Positions 1 to 7,639 of a DNA stretch of 40,725 nt are shown piece after piece. Both the position numbers and the translations under genes were made by a program. This DNA comes from Candidatus Magasanikiibacteriota bacterium (GTDB lineage: Bacteria > Patescibacteriota > Patescibacteriia > Magasanikbacterales > 2-02-FULL-50-9b). The first letter of the stretch is position 1. Every line of letters begins with the position of its first letter. The notes under the pieces are model-generated. The model had not been told where the DNA came from. It saw nothing but the letters and a program-made list of their open reading frames with translations, and made no database searches. The stretch spans positions 1-40,725 of the forward strand of contig CALQYY010000003.1 in the NCBI GenBank assembly GCA_943349075.1. Reading direction: 5' to 3'.

Positions 1-39
1 GCTGACGCGCAGGCGTCGCGCAAGTTCGGAAACGTTCAT
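1..39 (-). CDS. infB: 5' end of a gene running off the window; probably translation initiation factor IF-2
   Basis: Minus-strand ATG at 39 gives MNVSELARRLRVS, resembling the IF-2 N-terminal helix-turn-helix; a promoter lies directly upstream. Only 13 codons are visible. Confidence 0.5.
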   Translation of the reverse strand, partial: MNVSELARRLRVS

Positions 40-64
40 GGGAGTAGAAATTAAAAGTAAGCCA

Positions 65-93
65 ATAATAGCTTATTTGAGCCTTAGCGTCAA
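65..93 (-). promoter_or_regulatory. sigma70-type promoter for the gene starting at 39
   Basis: Minus strand TTGACG (93-88), 17-nt spacer, TATTAT (70-65). Confidence 0.6.
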
Positions 94-143
94 ACATGGG
101 GTCTAAGATTGCTATGGCCGCTTATAATCACCAAATTACCAAT

Positions 144-182
144 AAAAAAGAAGCCGACATCGCGCGTTAGCACAATGCCGAC
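144..182 (-). terminator. intrinsic terminator of the 210..818 gene
   Basis: Minus strand GTCGGCATTGTGC-TAAC-GCGCGATGTCGGC (13 bp including G-U pairs) followed by TTCTTTTTT. Confidence 0.6.
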
Positions 183-209
183 AAAGTAACTCGATCTGCT
201 CAGAGGCTT

Positions 210-818
210 TTAAGCCTGTTCGGTCTCGCGGACGGCCAGGAACTCGCAATCTTCATTAAACACGCGACCAAATAAAAGACTCGTCAAGCCAAGGTTGCAG
301 TACACTGGGTTCAAATTCATGCACATGACCTTACCATCCCACACAGTGCCAAGTGCAACAAGGGTAAAATGATAAGTAACCACTAAATATAGACGCTGCC
401 TCAGATAGTATTCGAGCATCTCGAGTGGTGTGGTAGGTCGATAGCCATCCTTGCTCATCAGCGCTAACACCTTCCTTGGTGAAACATTCCGCTTTGGGCG
501 GTACACCTTGTATATGCACGTCGCAGAACCGTGCTCGAACGACTTGATCACGTCCGGTGCTTTGAAGTTCGCGTCAGTAATTTCCCGGTCTTTAGTGAGT
601 AGCCCAAGTTCTTTCTCGCTCTTATCAAACGAGGACTCGTAATTCACAAGTTGTGTGACCGGTTCACTCGTTTCACACGACAATTCACGCACCTCTTGCG
701 CCAATTGCTCTTCAAGCAAGTCTATCAAAACTTGCAACTGAGCACCTGCGCCGTCCTCCAAATTCTCATCGAGACTTCTGAGACTAGCTAACTGAACTTC
801 TGTGATTCTTTGCTTCAT
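210..818 (-). CDS. hypothetical protein (202 aa)
   Basis: ORF 210..893; start reassigned to ATG at 818 (MKQRITE...), which follows an AGGAGG SD; has its own promoter and terminator. Confidence 0.7.
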   Translation of the reverse strand: MKQRITEVQLASLRSLDENLEDGAGAQLQVLIDLLEEQLAQEVRELSCETSEPVTQLVNYESSFDKSEKELGLLTKDREITDANFKAPDVIKSFEHGSATCIYKVYRPKRNVSPRKVLALMSKDGYRPTTPLEMLEYYLRQRLYLVVTYHFTLVALGTVWDGKVMCMNLNPVYCNLGLTSLLFGRVFNEDCEFLAVRETEQA

Positions 819-882
819 GTTCAACTCCCTCCTAAAGTTACGTATACAACTTCCGACCGCTAAGCCGCTTAGTTGACGGCTT

Positions 883-945
883 ACAATAGCCAATTTTCAC
901 AATCTTGTCAAGACGGTTGACACAATTTTAGATTTTGAGTACAGT
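883..945. promoter_or_regulatory. back-to-back divergent sigma70 promoters
   Basis: Minus: TTGACA(911-906)-17-TATTGT(888-883). Plus: TTGACA(917-922)-17-TACAGT(940-945). Confidence 0.6.
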
Positions 946-959
946 GCTCTATCAACTCT

Positions 960-1925
960 ATGCAAGAAATGGCTCAGCAAATCCATCTGCATCTGACCTC
1001 GCGCGCCCAGCGAGTTGTTGTGGTTCCCCACAAAAACCCTGATGGCGACACGCTTGGAGCGGCAACCGCCTTCTTGCATTACCTACGCGGCATCGGCGTC
1101 GACGCAACACTTTGGTGTAAAACCGGCACAAGCTCAGCGCTTTCATTTTTGCCGCATGCCGACGAGCTCCGCAGCGACCCTGCAATCTGGACTGACCGCC
1201 AATTCGACACGGTTTGCATCTTTGATTCCGGCGATCCTGTGTTTGCGGGCGCACAAGATTGCATCAATTCCCTCGCGAAAAAACCCCGCATCATCAACTT
1301 CGACCACCACTTCACCAACACTCAATTCGGTGACTACAATTTTGTCCAAACCTCTGCCGCATCAACCACTGAAGTTTTACACAACTATTTCAACTACCTC
1401 GGCCTCTCTCCCGATTCGACAATGGCAACCGCGCTCCTCACTGGCCTCATGACAGACACCGGAAATTTTTCAAATCCAGCAACGTCAGAATCTTCGCTGC
1501 GCACCGGCTCCGAACTTATGCGCGCGGGCGGAAATTACACCGCGATTTTGAACTACACCTATCGCAACAAATCAACTGACGCGCTCAAACTCTGGGGAAT
1601 CGCGCTCTCGCGTCTCATCATCAAAAAAGATCTTGACCTTGCGTACACCGTTTTGCTTCGCAGCGACATGGCCGGCCTCAAAGTAACTGACGGCGACATC
1701 GAAGGTGTTGCGAATTTTCTGAACTCAATTGGCGAAACAAAAATCTCAATGGTTCTCAAAGAAACGCAAGACGGCATGGTCAAAGGTAGTTTACGCACAA
1801 CCACTAACGACATCGATGTTTCCGAAATCGCCGGCGGCTTTGGCGGCGGTGGTCACAAAAAAGCAGCAGGCTTTTCGGTTCGCGGCCGACTCGAAAACGT
1901 TGCTGATGAATGGCGAATTGTCTAA
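960..1925 (+). CDS. nrnA: DHH/DHHA1 phosphoesterase (bifunctional oligoribonuclease/pAp phosphatase)
   Basis: HKNPDGD, FDHH, TDTGNF, SLR and GGGGHKKAAG motifs. Confidence 0.93.
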   Translation: MQEMAQQIHLHLTSRAQRVVVVPHKNPDGDTLGAATAFLHYLRGIGVDATLWCKTGTSSALSFLPHADELRSDPAIWTDRQFDTVCIFDSGDPVFAGAQDCINSLAKKPRIINFDHHFTNTQFGDYNFVQTSAASTTEVLHNYFNYLGLSPDSTMATALLTGLMTDTGNFSNPATSESSLRTGSELMRAGGNYTAILNYTYRNKSTDALKLWGIALSRLIIKKDLDLAYTVLLRSDMAGLKVTDGDIEGVANFLNSIGETKISMVLKETQDGMVKGSLRTTTNDIDVSEIAGGFGGGGHKKAAGFSVRGRLENVADEWRIV

Positions 1926-1927
1926 TA

Positions 1928-1956
1928 TTGATTATTTTGGTCAAATTCGCTAAACT
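1928..1956 (+). promoter_or_regulatory. clpP promoter (leaderless geometry)
   Basis: TTGATT-17-TAAACT, ending 8 nt before ATG 1965. Confidence 0.5.
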
Positions 1957-1964
1957 CTCCCTAT

Positions 1965-2546
1965 ATGTCAACTTTTCTCATTCCAACCGTCATTGAAAAA
2001 TCCCCACACGGCGAGCGCGCATACGACATCTATTCGCGCCTTTTAAAAGATCGCATCATTTTTCTTGGCACCGAGATTAACGACGACGTCGCAAATTCTG
2101 TGATTGCTCAGCTTTTATTTCTTGAAAGCCAGGACAAAACAAAGGACATCAAAATTTACATCAACTCACCAGGCGGATCAGTTACTGCAGGACTCGCGAT
2201 TCTCGACACCATGAATTTCGTGAAACCTGATGTTTCAACAATTTGTGTTGGCATGGCAGCATCGATGGGAGCGGTTTTGCTTTCAGCTGGTGCAAAAGGC
2301 AAACGCTTCGTACTTCCGAATTCTGAAATCATGATCCACCAAGTGCTCGGTGGCGCAGAAGGCCAAGCATCGGATATCAAAATTCGTGCAGAGCGAATTA
2401 TTCAGATGAAAGAAAATTTGAATAAGATTCTCGCGAAAAACACGGGGCAGAAATTCGATAAAATTGAGCGCGACGCGGATCGTGACTACTTCATGACCGC
2501 AGCCGAGGGTGTTGCCTACGGCATTGTCGATAAAATCATTAAGTAA
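1965..2546 (+). CDS. clpP: ATP-dependent Clp protease proteolytic subunit
   Basis: [31 protein letters not shown] (catalytic Ser), MIHQ, DRDYFM. Confidence 0.98.
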   Translation: MSTFLIPTVIEKSPHGERAYDIYSRLLKDRIIFLGTEINDDVANSVIAQLLFLESQDKTKDIKIYINSPGGSVTAGLAILDTMNFVKPDVSTICVGMAASMGAVLLSAGAKGKRFVLPNSEIMIHQVLGGAEGQASDIKIRAERIIQMKENLNKILAKNTGQKFDKIERDADRDYFMTAAEGVAYGIVDKIIK

Positions 2547-2548
2547 CT

Positions 2549-2577
2549 AAAAACCGGCGATTTACGCCGGTTTTTTT
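2549..2577. terminator. bidirectional intrinsic terminator
   Basis: AAAAACCGGCG-ATTTA-CGCCGGTTTTTTT. Confidence 0.85.
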
Positions 2578-2581
2578 AAAC

Positions 2582-2714
2582 AAAAATTCCTGCCGATTAA
2601 TTCGCGCTCAAGAAGACTTCTTATAGATGGATTCGAGCCGGAGCCCGAATTCCCCTTCTAAGGAGTCCCCATGCTTGTCGTGAGCGCGAGTTAATTGGCA
2701 GGAACCTGTCTGAA
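2582..2714 (-). ncRNA. candidate structured ncRNA, 6S-like long irregular hairpin
   Basis: 24-bp closing stem (2587-2610 with 2681-2704, 2 imperfect positions), asymmetric internal bubble, inner stems and an ATTCGGGC-TCCG-GCTCGAAT apical hairpin; near-consensus minus-strand promoter upstream and a T-run downstream. Confidence 0.55.
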
Positions 2715-2720
2715 CGTCGA

Positions 2721-2749
2721 AATATACAGGTAAACGAAACTTTTGTCAA
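2721..2749 (-). promoter_or_regulatory. near-consensus sigma70 promoter for the ncRNA candidate
   Basis: TTGACA(2749-2744)-17-TATATT(2726-2721). Confidence 0.7.
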
Positions 2750-2778
2750 GTCTCGCTCGTGGGGATAAATTAAATCCG

Positions 2779-4605
2779 TTAGTTTCCTGCTGTTCCTGCG
2801 GCATCGGGGCTCGTTGGAACCCCAACTGTTACCCCTAATTCTGGTGTTGATGTTGGCGCAACCCCAATAAGGCACACCTCCGCCCACGGCTTATAGTAGC
2901 TTTGAAAATCCTCTTTTTTAACGGTTCCATCTGCGTATTCAACGGTATAGGTAAACAACATTGTTGCTCCCGCATGCGCTTTTTCGGTACATTTGACCTT
3001 ACCTGGCGGCAAAGTTGTTGTTGGAATCTCCTTTTTAGGTGGCGCTGGCTGCGCAGCTAACTTTTTTGGGATTGTTCGACTTGCCTTTCGACCGTCTGAC
3101 GTGCCCCAAAAATTGAAGTCGAGTGTTGTGCCCTTAAGATGCGGGTCAAGGAGTACCCAGTGCGCTGTATCATTTTTAAATCGGAAATCAGGCTTCGGGT
3201 CGTAGATCGTTGCATCTGTTCCTGAAACGCCATTTTCGAAGTAGTAGCCAACTTGATATGAGTGGTTCCGGCGCTCTACGATTGGAAACCCAGCGCCCAT
3301 CGCCGCGCGAAATGTCGTTGTTCCAATCTGACACAAACCACCCCCAAATTCTGGCTGCGTTTTATTATCTTTGATCACGAGCTCCTCGAGATATCCAGCC
3401 GCACCATCAATTGGACCAAGCGCTTTCATCAAAGAAAATGTTTCGCCAGGCGCGATCAAAATATTCTTCAAAGAATTCATTCCGGTTGTGATATTGTGGA
3501 TACGATTTTTTGGAGACCCTGCAAATTCAGAGCGCCCCGTTCCGATCAGTTCATTCAAACCAAGCTCGTTTAGGTCGCCAATCTTTATCTTCGGCTCAGC
3601 ATCTTTTGTGGCGACCACAACTGTATTTTCCTTTGTGCTCAGTGAGGCAAACAAATTATTTGCAAGTGCTTCCCAATCAATTTGAACGCCAAGCACATGC
3701 GGCTGAAATTTCAAAACTTTTTTCCCATCAAATTCGAACTCAGCATTTTTTGGCTCTTGTTCAAAAGCAGCAAGTTGAGCGCCGAGCTTTAATTTCAAAA
3801 ACTCAGCATCAATCGCAACAACAACATCTCCATCAGCCATGCGCGGCTGCAAAAGCGCAACAAGATCGGTGTTTGTTAGTGTAAAATTTTTATCTTTAAT
3901 TTTGAGCACGCGTCCTTTGGTAATTTCGCTCGCGAGCGTTTCTGCATTTGATTTTAAGCTCTCAGCACGATCAGTTGTGATTTCCGGCTCCATTTCGATA
4001 ATAGCAGCTGTCACCCGATTCTGCCCCGACGTAACAGCAGATTCAAACGACTGTGTGAGTGATTCAAGATCTATCTGCTGTCCATTTGTTGATGGAACGA
4101 CTGTTACGCCCGATTCTGAAAAAGCGAATTTTGCATTTGCAGCACTTGTTAACGGAAGTGCCCATGAATCAACAAGCTCTTTTGTTACAATTTCAGACGG
4201 AAGACGCATCAAAGAAAGCTCAACATCGGTTCTCTGGCCAAACCCAAGCACGTCGCGCAATTTACGAGTCAAAGCGTCGCGGCTTGCAACATTTTTTGCA
4301 TGTTCGAGCGTGCTTTCAACATCAAATGCTGCGATCGAAACAGGGATTATACGAGAACCCATTCCTGGAATTTCAACGGTCACACCCTGTGAAAAGGTTG
4401 CGATTTTTTTATTCAGCTCGCGCTCCGAATCAAGGAGAGTTTTTCCACCAACATCAACGCCCGCAATATAAAATTGTGGAGAAAAATTTTTAAACGTTGC
4501 AGCAGACGCAAAAATAGCGCCAATTCCAAATGCGCCAATAACAAATGTGCCGGCGAGCAGCACGACATACGGTTTTTTTAAAGCTGACAAAATTTCAATC
4601 TTCAT
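2779..4605 (-). CDS. VanW/YoaR-family membrane-anchored protein with putative peptidoglycan-binding repeats
   Basis: N-terminal TM, IAGVDVGGKT; C-terminal VanW motifs NRIHNI, PGETFS, GGGLCQIGTT, ERRNHS, DATIY, DFRFKNDT. Confidence 0.9.
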   Translation of the reverse strand: MKIEILSALKKPYVVLLAGTFVIGAFGIGAIFASAATFKNFSPQFYIAGVDVGGKTLLDSERELNKKIATFSQGVTVEIPGMGSRIIPVSIAAFDVESTLEHAKNVASRDALTRKLRDVLGFGQRTDVELSLMRLPSEIVTKELVDSWALPLTSAANAKFAFSESGVTVVPSTNGQQIDLESLTQSFESAVTSGQNRVTAAIIEMEPEITTDRAESLKSNAETLASEITKGRVLKIKDKNFTLTNTDLVALLQPRMADGDVVVAIDAEFLKLKLGAQLAAFEQEPKNAEFEFDGKKVLKFQPHVLGVQIDWEALANNLFASLSTKENTVVVATKDAEPKIKIGDLNELGLNELIGTGRSEFAGSPKNRIHNITTGMNSLKNILIAPGETFSLMKALGPIDGAAGYLEELVIKDNKTQPEFGGGLCQIGTTTFRAAMGAGFPIVERRNHSYQVGYYFENGVSGTDATIYDPKPDFRFKNDTAHWVLLDPHLKGTTLDFNFWGTSDGRKASRTIPKKLAAQPAPPKKEIPTTTLPPGKVKCTEKAHAGATMLFTYTVEYADGTVKKEDFQSYYKPWAEVCLIGVAPTSTPELGVTVGVPTSPDAAGTAGN

Positions 4606-5032
4606 CTACTACAACGATTGGGATATGGTGCACTTTGATCTGTTTCGGGATCGTGAGCGTCAGCATTCCATTTTTAAATTGCGCACTCGCCTCTTCTGAC
4701 TTTACATCTACCGGCAAAATAATACTGCGTGAAAAATTTCCCCAAAAACATTCTTCAGAAAAAAAATGCTCCGCACTTCGCTCAATCTCGCGCACACGCG
4801 TTCCACGAATCGTCAAAACATCTCCATCGAGATGAATGGAAATTTGCTCCGGATCAACTCCGGCAATGGGCGCCATAATGATCAGCAGATCCGAAGTCTC
4901 CGCAATATCAACCGGCAACTCACCTTCACCAGCAATGTCTGAGGACAATGCCTCAACCTGCTCGGTATTGTCAAACAAATATGGGTTCGCCATACGCGTG
5001 GCCATTATACGATTAATTTTTCCACTTGGCAA
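4595..5032 (-). CDS. Hsp20/alpha-crystallin small heat shock protein
   Basis: PVDIAET, LTIRGTR, ECFWGNFSRSIILP, AQFKNGMLTLTIPK; exact start uncertain. Confidence 0.93.
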   Translation of the reverse strand: MPSGKINRIMATRMANPYLFDNTEQVEALSSDIAGEGELPVDIAETSDLLIIMAPIAGVDPEQISIHLDGDVLTIRGTRVREIERSAEHFFSEECFWGNFSRSIILPVDVKSEEASAQFKNGMLTLTIPKQIKVHHIPIVVVDED

Positions 5033-5905
5033 TTATTTTTTTGCACCTCCAAGCGCCTCCTTCAGCGTTGCCAAATTCTGCGTCATTACGCTGATATATG
5101 TCTCAGGTTCCGGCTCCGCAACCTCAAGCGGATTCAATATAAAGATGGTTCGGCCTGTGTCGCGCGCAACCGATTCCAAAATTGCGGGACTGAGCTCCGA
5201 CTCTCCAAACAACGCTGCCTGTGGATATTTTTCAAGCGTTCGAATAACCGCAGCAATTTCCGCTGGCGATGGATTGTCTTCTGGAATATCCTTCACAACT
5301 GCAACCACATTCAAATTGTAGTCCTGCGCCAAATATCCAAACGCGTCATGGAGCGTCACAATATTTCGCTGAGGGAGCGCCCCGAGCGTTCGATATTCTG
5401 CATCAAGCGCGCGCAGTTTTTCAACATAAGCACTCGTTCGAAGCCCAATAATTTCAGCTGACTCTGGAAACTGCTTTTGCATCTCGGCTCCAATCCCCTG
5501 CACCATCACAATCATACGAGCTGGTGAGAGCCATACATGCGGATCGTCGGCGCCCGGCGGCAAATTCAAAAATTTCGACGCGGTAATTACCGGCGCTTTT
5601 GATTCAGCTGCTGAAATTCCATTTGCAATCCAATCATCAAGTGTGAGCCCAAGCGTCACAATTGCCTTCGTGCGCTGCAAAATCTCGAGCTCGCGCGTTG
5701 ATAAAATCACATCATGCGGCTCCGCGCCTTTTGGCAAAACGCTCTGCACATCAGCAACATCGCCCAAAATATTTTTGGTGACCGAAGTGAGTGGAACAAT
5801 TGTTGTTGCAACAACCGGTTCGTTTGAATTAATTTTTTGTGCGCACCCCGCGCCACCGAGGATCAGCGTGCCTAAAAATAAGCCTGTGAGTAGAATTTTT
5901 TTCAT
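5033..5905 (-). CDS. Zn/Mn ABC transporter substrate-binding protein (ZnuA/TroA family)
   Basis: EPHD, DPHVWLSP and HDAFGY metal-binding motifs; start reassigned to MKKILL at 5905; signal ends in GGAGC. Confidence 0.9.
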   Translation of the reverse strand: MKKILLTGLFLGTLILGGAGCAQKINSNEPVVATTIVPLTSVTKNILGDVADVQSVLPKGAEPHDVILSTRELEILQRTKAIVTLGLTLDDWIANGISAAESKAPVITASKFLNLPPGADDPHVWLSPARMIVMVQGIGAEMQKQFPESAEIIGLRTSAYVEKLRALDAEYRTLGALPQRNIVTLHDAFGYLAQDYNLNVVAVVKDIPEDNPSPAEIAAVIRTLEKYPQAALFGESELSPAILESVARDTGRTIFILNPLEVAEPEPETYISVMTQNLATLKEALGGAKK

Positions 5906-5910
5906 ATTTT

Positions 5911-6342
5911 TTAAATTTCTCGCCACGCAAATAAACCAAAAATCGCGAATGTGCAAATGTAGGATGCGATGCAAACCAGGCACCAGGTTGCGAGCAATAC
6001 GCTACTGATCCACGCAAGATGCAGGCTAAACCCGGCCGCAAACGCGATGCTTGCCGCAAGAATGAGCTTAGTTCGGCGCTGTGGACGGTTCAACATTTCT
6101 GTTGCGAGCGTAAAAAACCACACATACCCCAGCATCCCCAAAATCGCAACCGGAACTCCGAAGACCTCAGAATAAATCCCCTTGTTCACGATATCGCAGT
6201 TAAACTGGGCGTTCAGATTGCAAAGTACCGAATTTGTTGTGCTAAAATGTATGTAGGTCGCGTATATGGTAATCAAAAAGCCTATCACGGAAAACCCCTT
6301 GATTCCTTGGTAAACTCGCTGGTGTTTGACGTTTATTTCCAT
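5911..6342 (-). CDS. vitamin K epoxide reductase (VKOR) family disulfide-bond formation protein
   Basis: C-x7-C loop (CNLNAQFNC), YSEVFGVPVA, WCLVC active site, four TM segments. Confidence 0.92.
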   Translation of the reverse strand: MEINVKHQRVYQGIKGFSVIGFLITIYATYIHFSTTNSVLCNLNAQFNCDIVNKGIYSEVFGVPVAILGMLGYVWFFTLATEMLNRPQRRTKLILAASIAFAAGFSLHLAWISSVLLATWCLVCIASYICTFAIFGLFAWREI

Positions 6343-6378
6343 TGATGGTATTCTACACCCGCAAAATAATTAGGACAA

Positions 6379-6510
6379 CTAATTACAGAAGACTTGGCTC
6401 AGCCATTTTCCCTTCGGGAAAATAGAGGGACCTGCGTCAGAAACAATGAGTTGCTAATTATAAGACTTGGCCCACCTATTTTTCTTTCAGAAAAATAGTG
6501 GGACCTGCGT
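6379..6510. repeat. two imperfect ~57-bp direct repeats, each with an internal hairpin (REP-like)
   Basis: CTAATTA..AAGACTTGGC-[hairpin]-GGGACCTGCGT at 6379-6437 and 6455-6510. Confidence 0.8.
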
Positions 6511-6551
6511 TCGGAGCAAATCCGGACGCGAGCGTCCGATTTGCTCCGAAC
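6509..6551. repeat. near-perfect inverted repeat just 5' of the tRNA
   Basis: GTTCGGAGCAAATC-C-GGACGC-GA-GCGTCC-GATTTGCTCCGAAC. Confidence 0.85.
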
Positions 6552-6553
6552 TT

Positions 6554-6628
6554 GGTCCCATCGTCTAACGGTTAGGACATTAGGTTTTCATCCTAAAAAC
6601 AGGGGTTCGATTCCCCTTGGGACTACCA
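6554..6628 (+). tRNA. tRNA-Glu (TTC)
   Basis: GGTCCCA/TGGGACT acceptor stem, TTAGG-TT-TTC-AT-CCTAA anticodon arm, GGTTCGATTCC T-arm, encoded CCA. Confidence 0.96.
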
Positions 6629-6687
6629 AAAAATACCAGCTTCGGCTGGTATTTTTTATTTAGGTAGTCCCAAGGGGAATCGAACGG
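6623..6687. repeat. 65-bp module copy 1: terminator plus inverted tRNA-Glu 3' end
   Basis: 64/65 identical to 7427-7491; 6663-6685 is the exact reverse complement of tRNA positions 6605-6627. Confidence 0.93.
6628..6657. terminator. bidirectional intrinsic terminator
   Basis: AAAAAATACCAGC-TTCG-GCTGGTATTTTTT. Confidence 0.9.
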
Positions 6688-6796
6688 GCATAAAGGAATT
6701 GCCTGGGGCAATTCCGACTGCCCCGGACCGCGAGCGCCCAAGCGCGAACGGCGATTCCCGATCTAAAAAATAAGTAACACTTGTCAAAACCATTCA

Positions 6797-7354
6797 TTAC
6801 TTTGGTTGTACCGCAGAATCGAACTTAAGCGAATTCATCACTTGCTGACCATATGAATTCATAAATTCTACATCGTAGGCAATCACTATGATGCGAGACT
6901 TATCAAGGGTTGGAATTGCAACAATATCTAATGAAAAAAGTCCTTCAGCATGTGTTTTAACAGCTTGTAAATTGCTTACAACCACCGGCTCGACCTTCAT
7001 TCCTGCCGAATAATGACCAGACTTTTGTTTTAACCACTGCTCCGCTGACATTCCTTTTGGAAGAACATCTGAGGTTATGTCTACAGTTGCAGGGCCATCA
7101 AATGATTCGAGATTCTGTTTCTTGATAGATTCATAAGTCTCAACGTCCCACAAACTGACGTATGAACCACCATTACTAGATGTGCTGCCTTCGCCGAATA
7201 TCATCGTTCCTTGAGGAACTACAAAAGAAACCCCAGGAAGTGAGTACACGACCTCTTTGTTTGATAATTCAGGTGCAGTAGCTGGCTGCTGCACCGCGCA
7301 TCCTGCTCCAACAAACAAAAGCACCACTGGTAGAATAAAATATTTCAATTTCAT
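6797..7354 (-). CDS. putative lipoprotein, possibly PsbP/Mog1p-like fold (cassette 1)
   Basis: MKLKYFILPVVLLFVGAGC signal; the fold call is a weak pattern-based guess. Confidence 0.75.
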   Translation of the reverse strand: MKLKYFILPVVLLFVGAGCAVQQPATAPELSNKEVVYSLPGVSFVVPQGTMIFGEGSTSSNGGSYVSLWDVETYESIKKQNLESFDGPATVDITSDVLPKGMSAEQWLKQKSGHYSAGMKVEPVVVSNLQAVKTHAEGLFSLDIVAIPTLDKSRIIVIAYDVEFMNSYGQQVMNSLKFDSAVQPK

Positions 7355-7381
7355 ATATACAAATTATTTTAAACTAGTATA
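7337..7381 (-). repeat. 45-bp promoter/leader/start block copy 1
   Basis: Identical to 8237-8281; on the minus strand contains TATACT (-10), the leader and codons for MKLKYF. Confidence 0.93.
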
Positions 7382-7426
7382 ACACAGGGAGAGGTGTTAT
7401 AAAGATGTTTTGCCTACCGCTTTGAT

Positions 7427-7491
7427 CTACCAAAAAATACCAGCTTCGGCTGGTATTTTTTATTGAGGTAGTCCCAAGGGGAATCGAACGG
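7427..7491. repeat. 65-bp module copy 2: terminator plus inverted tRNA-Glu 3' end
   Basis: Matches 6623-6687 with one mismatch; terminator hairpin 7432-7461; tRNA fragment 7467-7489. Confidence 0.93.
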
Positions 7492-7639
7492 CTCGAAGCG
7501 TAGAAAAAAAGTTCTGTGAACTTTTTTTTTCAGTGAGAGGGGCTGAGCCCTGCGAAGCCCGGGGTCGTAGACTGATTTTACATGTAACAATTCGATGAAC
7601 TGCCCCGGACCGCGAGCGACGAATCCGCCACGATCCTTT

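Noticed and set aside
2621-2887. 88-aa ORF overlapping the hairpin RNA
   Set aside because: Overlaps the vanW 3' end, has no recognisable features, and the region is better explained by promoter plus structured RNA.
2779-4605. VanW (and the VanY-like M15 domain) as a vancomycin resistance cluster
   Set aside because: No vanHAX or vanRS; these domains are widespread cell-envelope modules.
7467-7489. Second tRNA-Glu gene on the minus strand (also 6663-6685)
   Set aside because: Only the T-loop and 3' acceptor strand are present; no D or anticodon arm, and it ends ACC-T rather than CCA.
6379-7618. Repeats as a CRISPR array
   Set aside because: Only two copies of each repeat, irregular spacing, no spacer periodicity and no cas genes.
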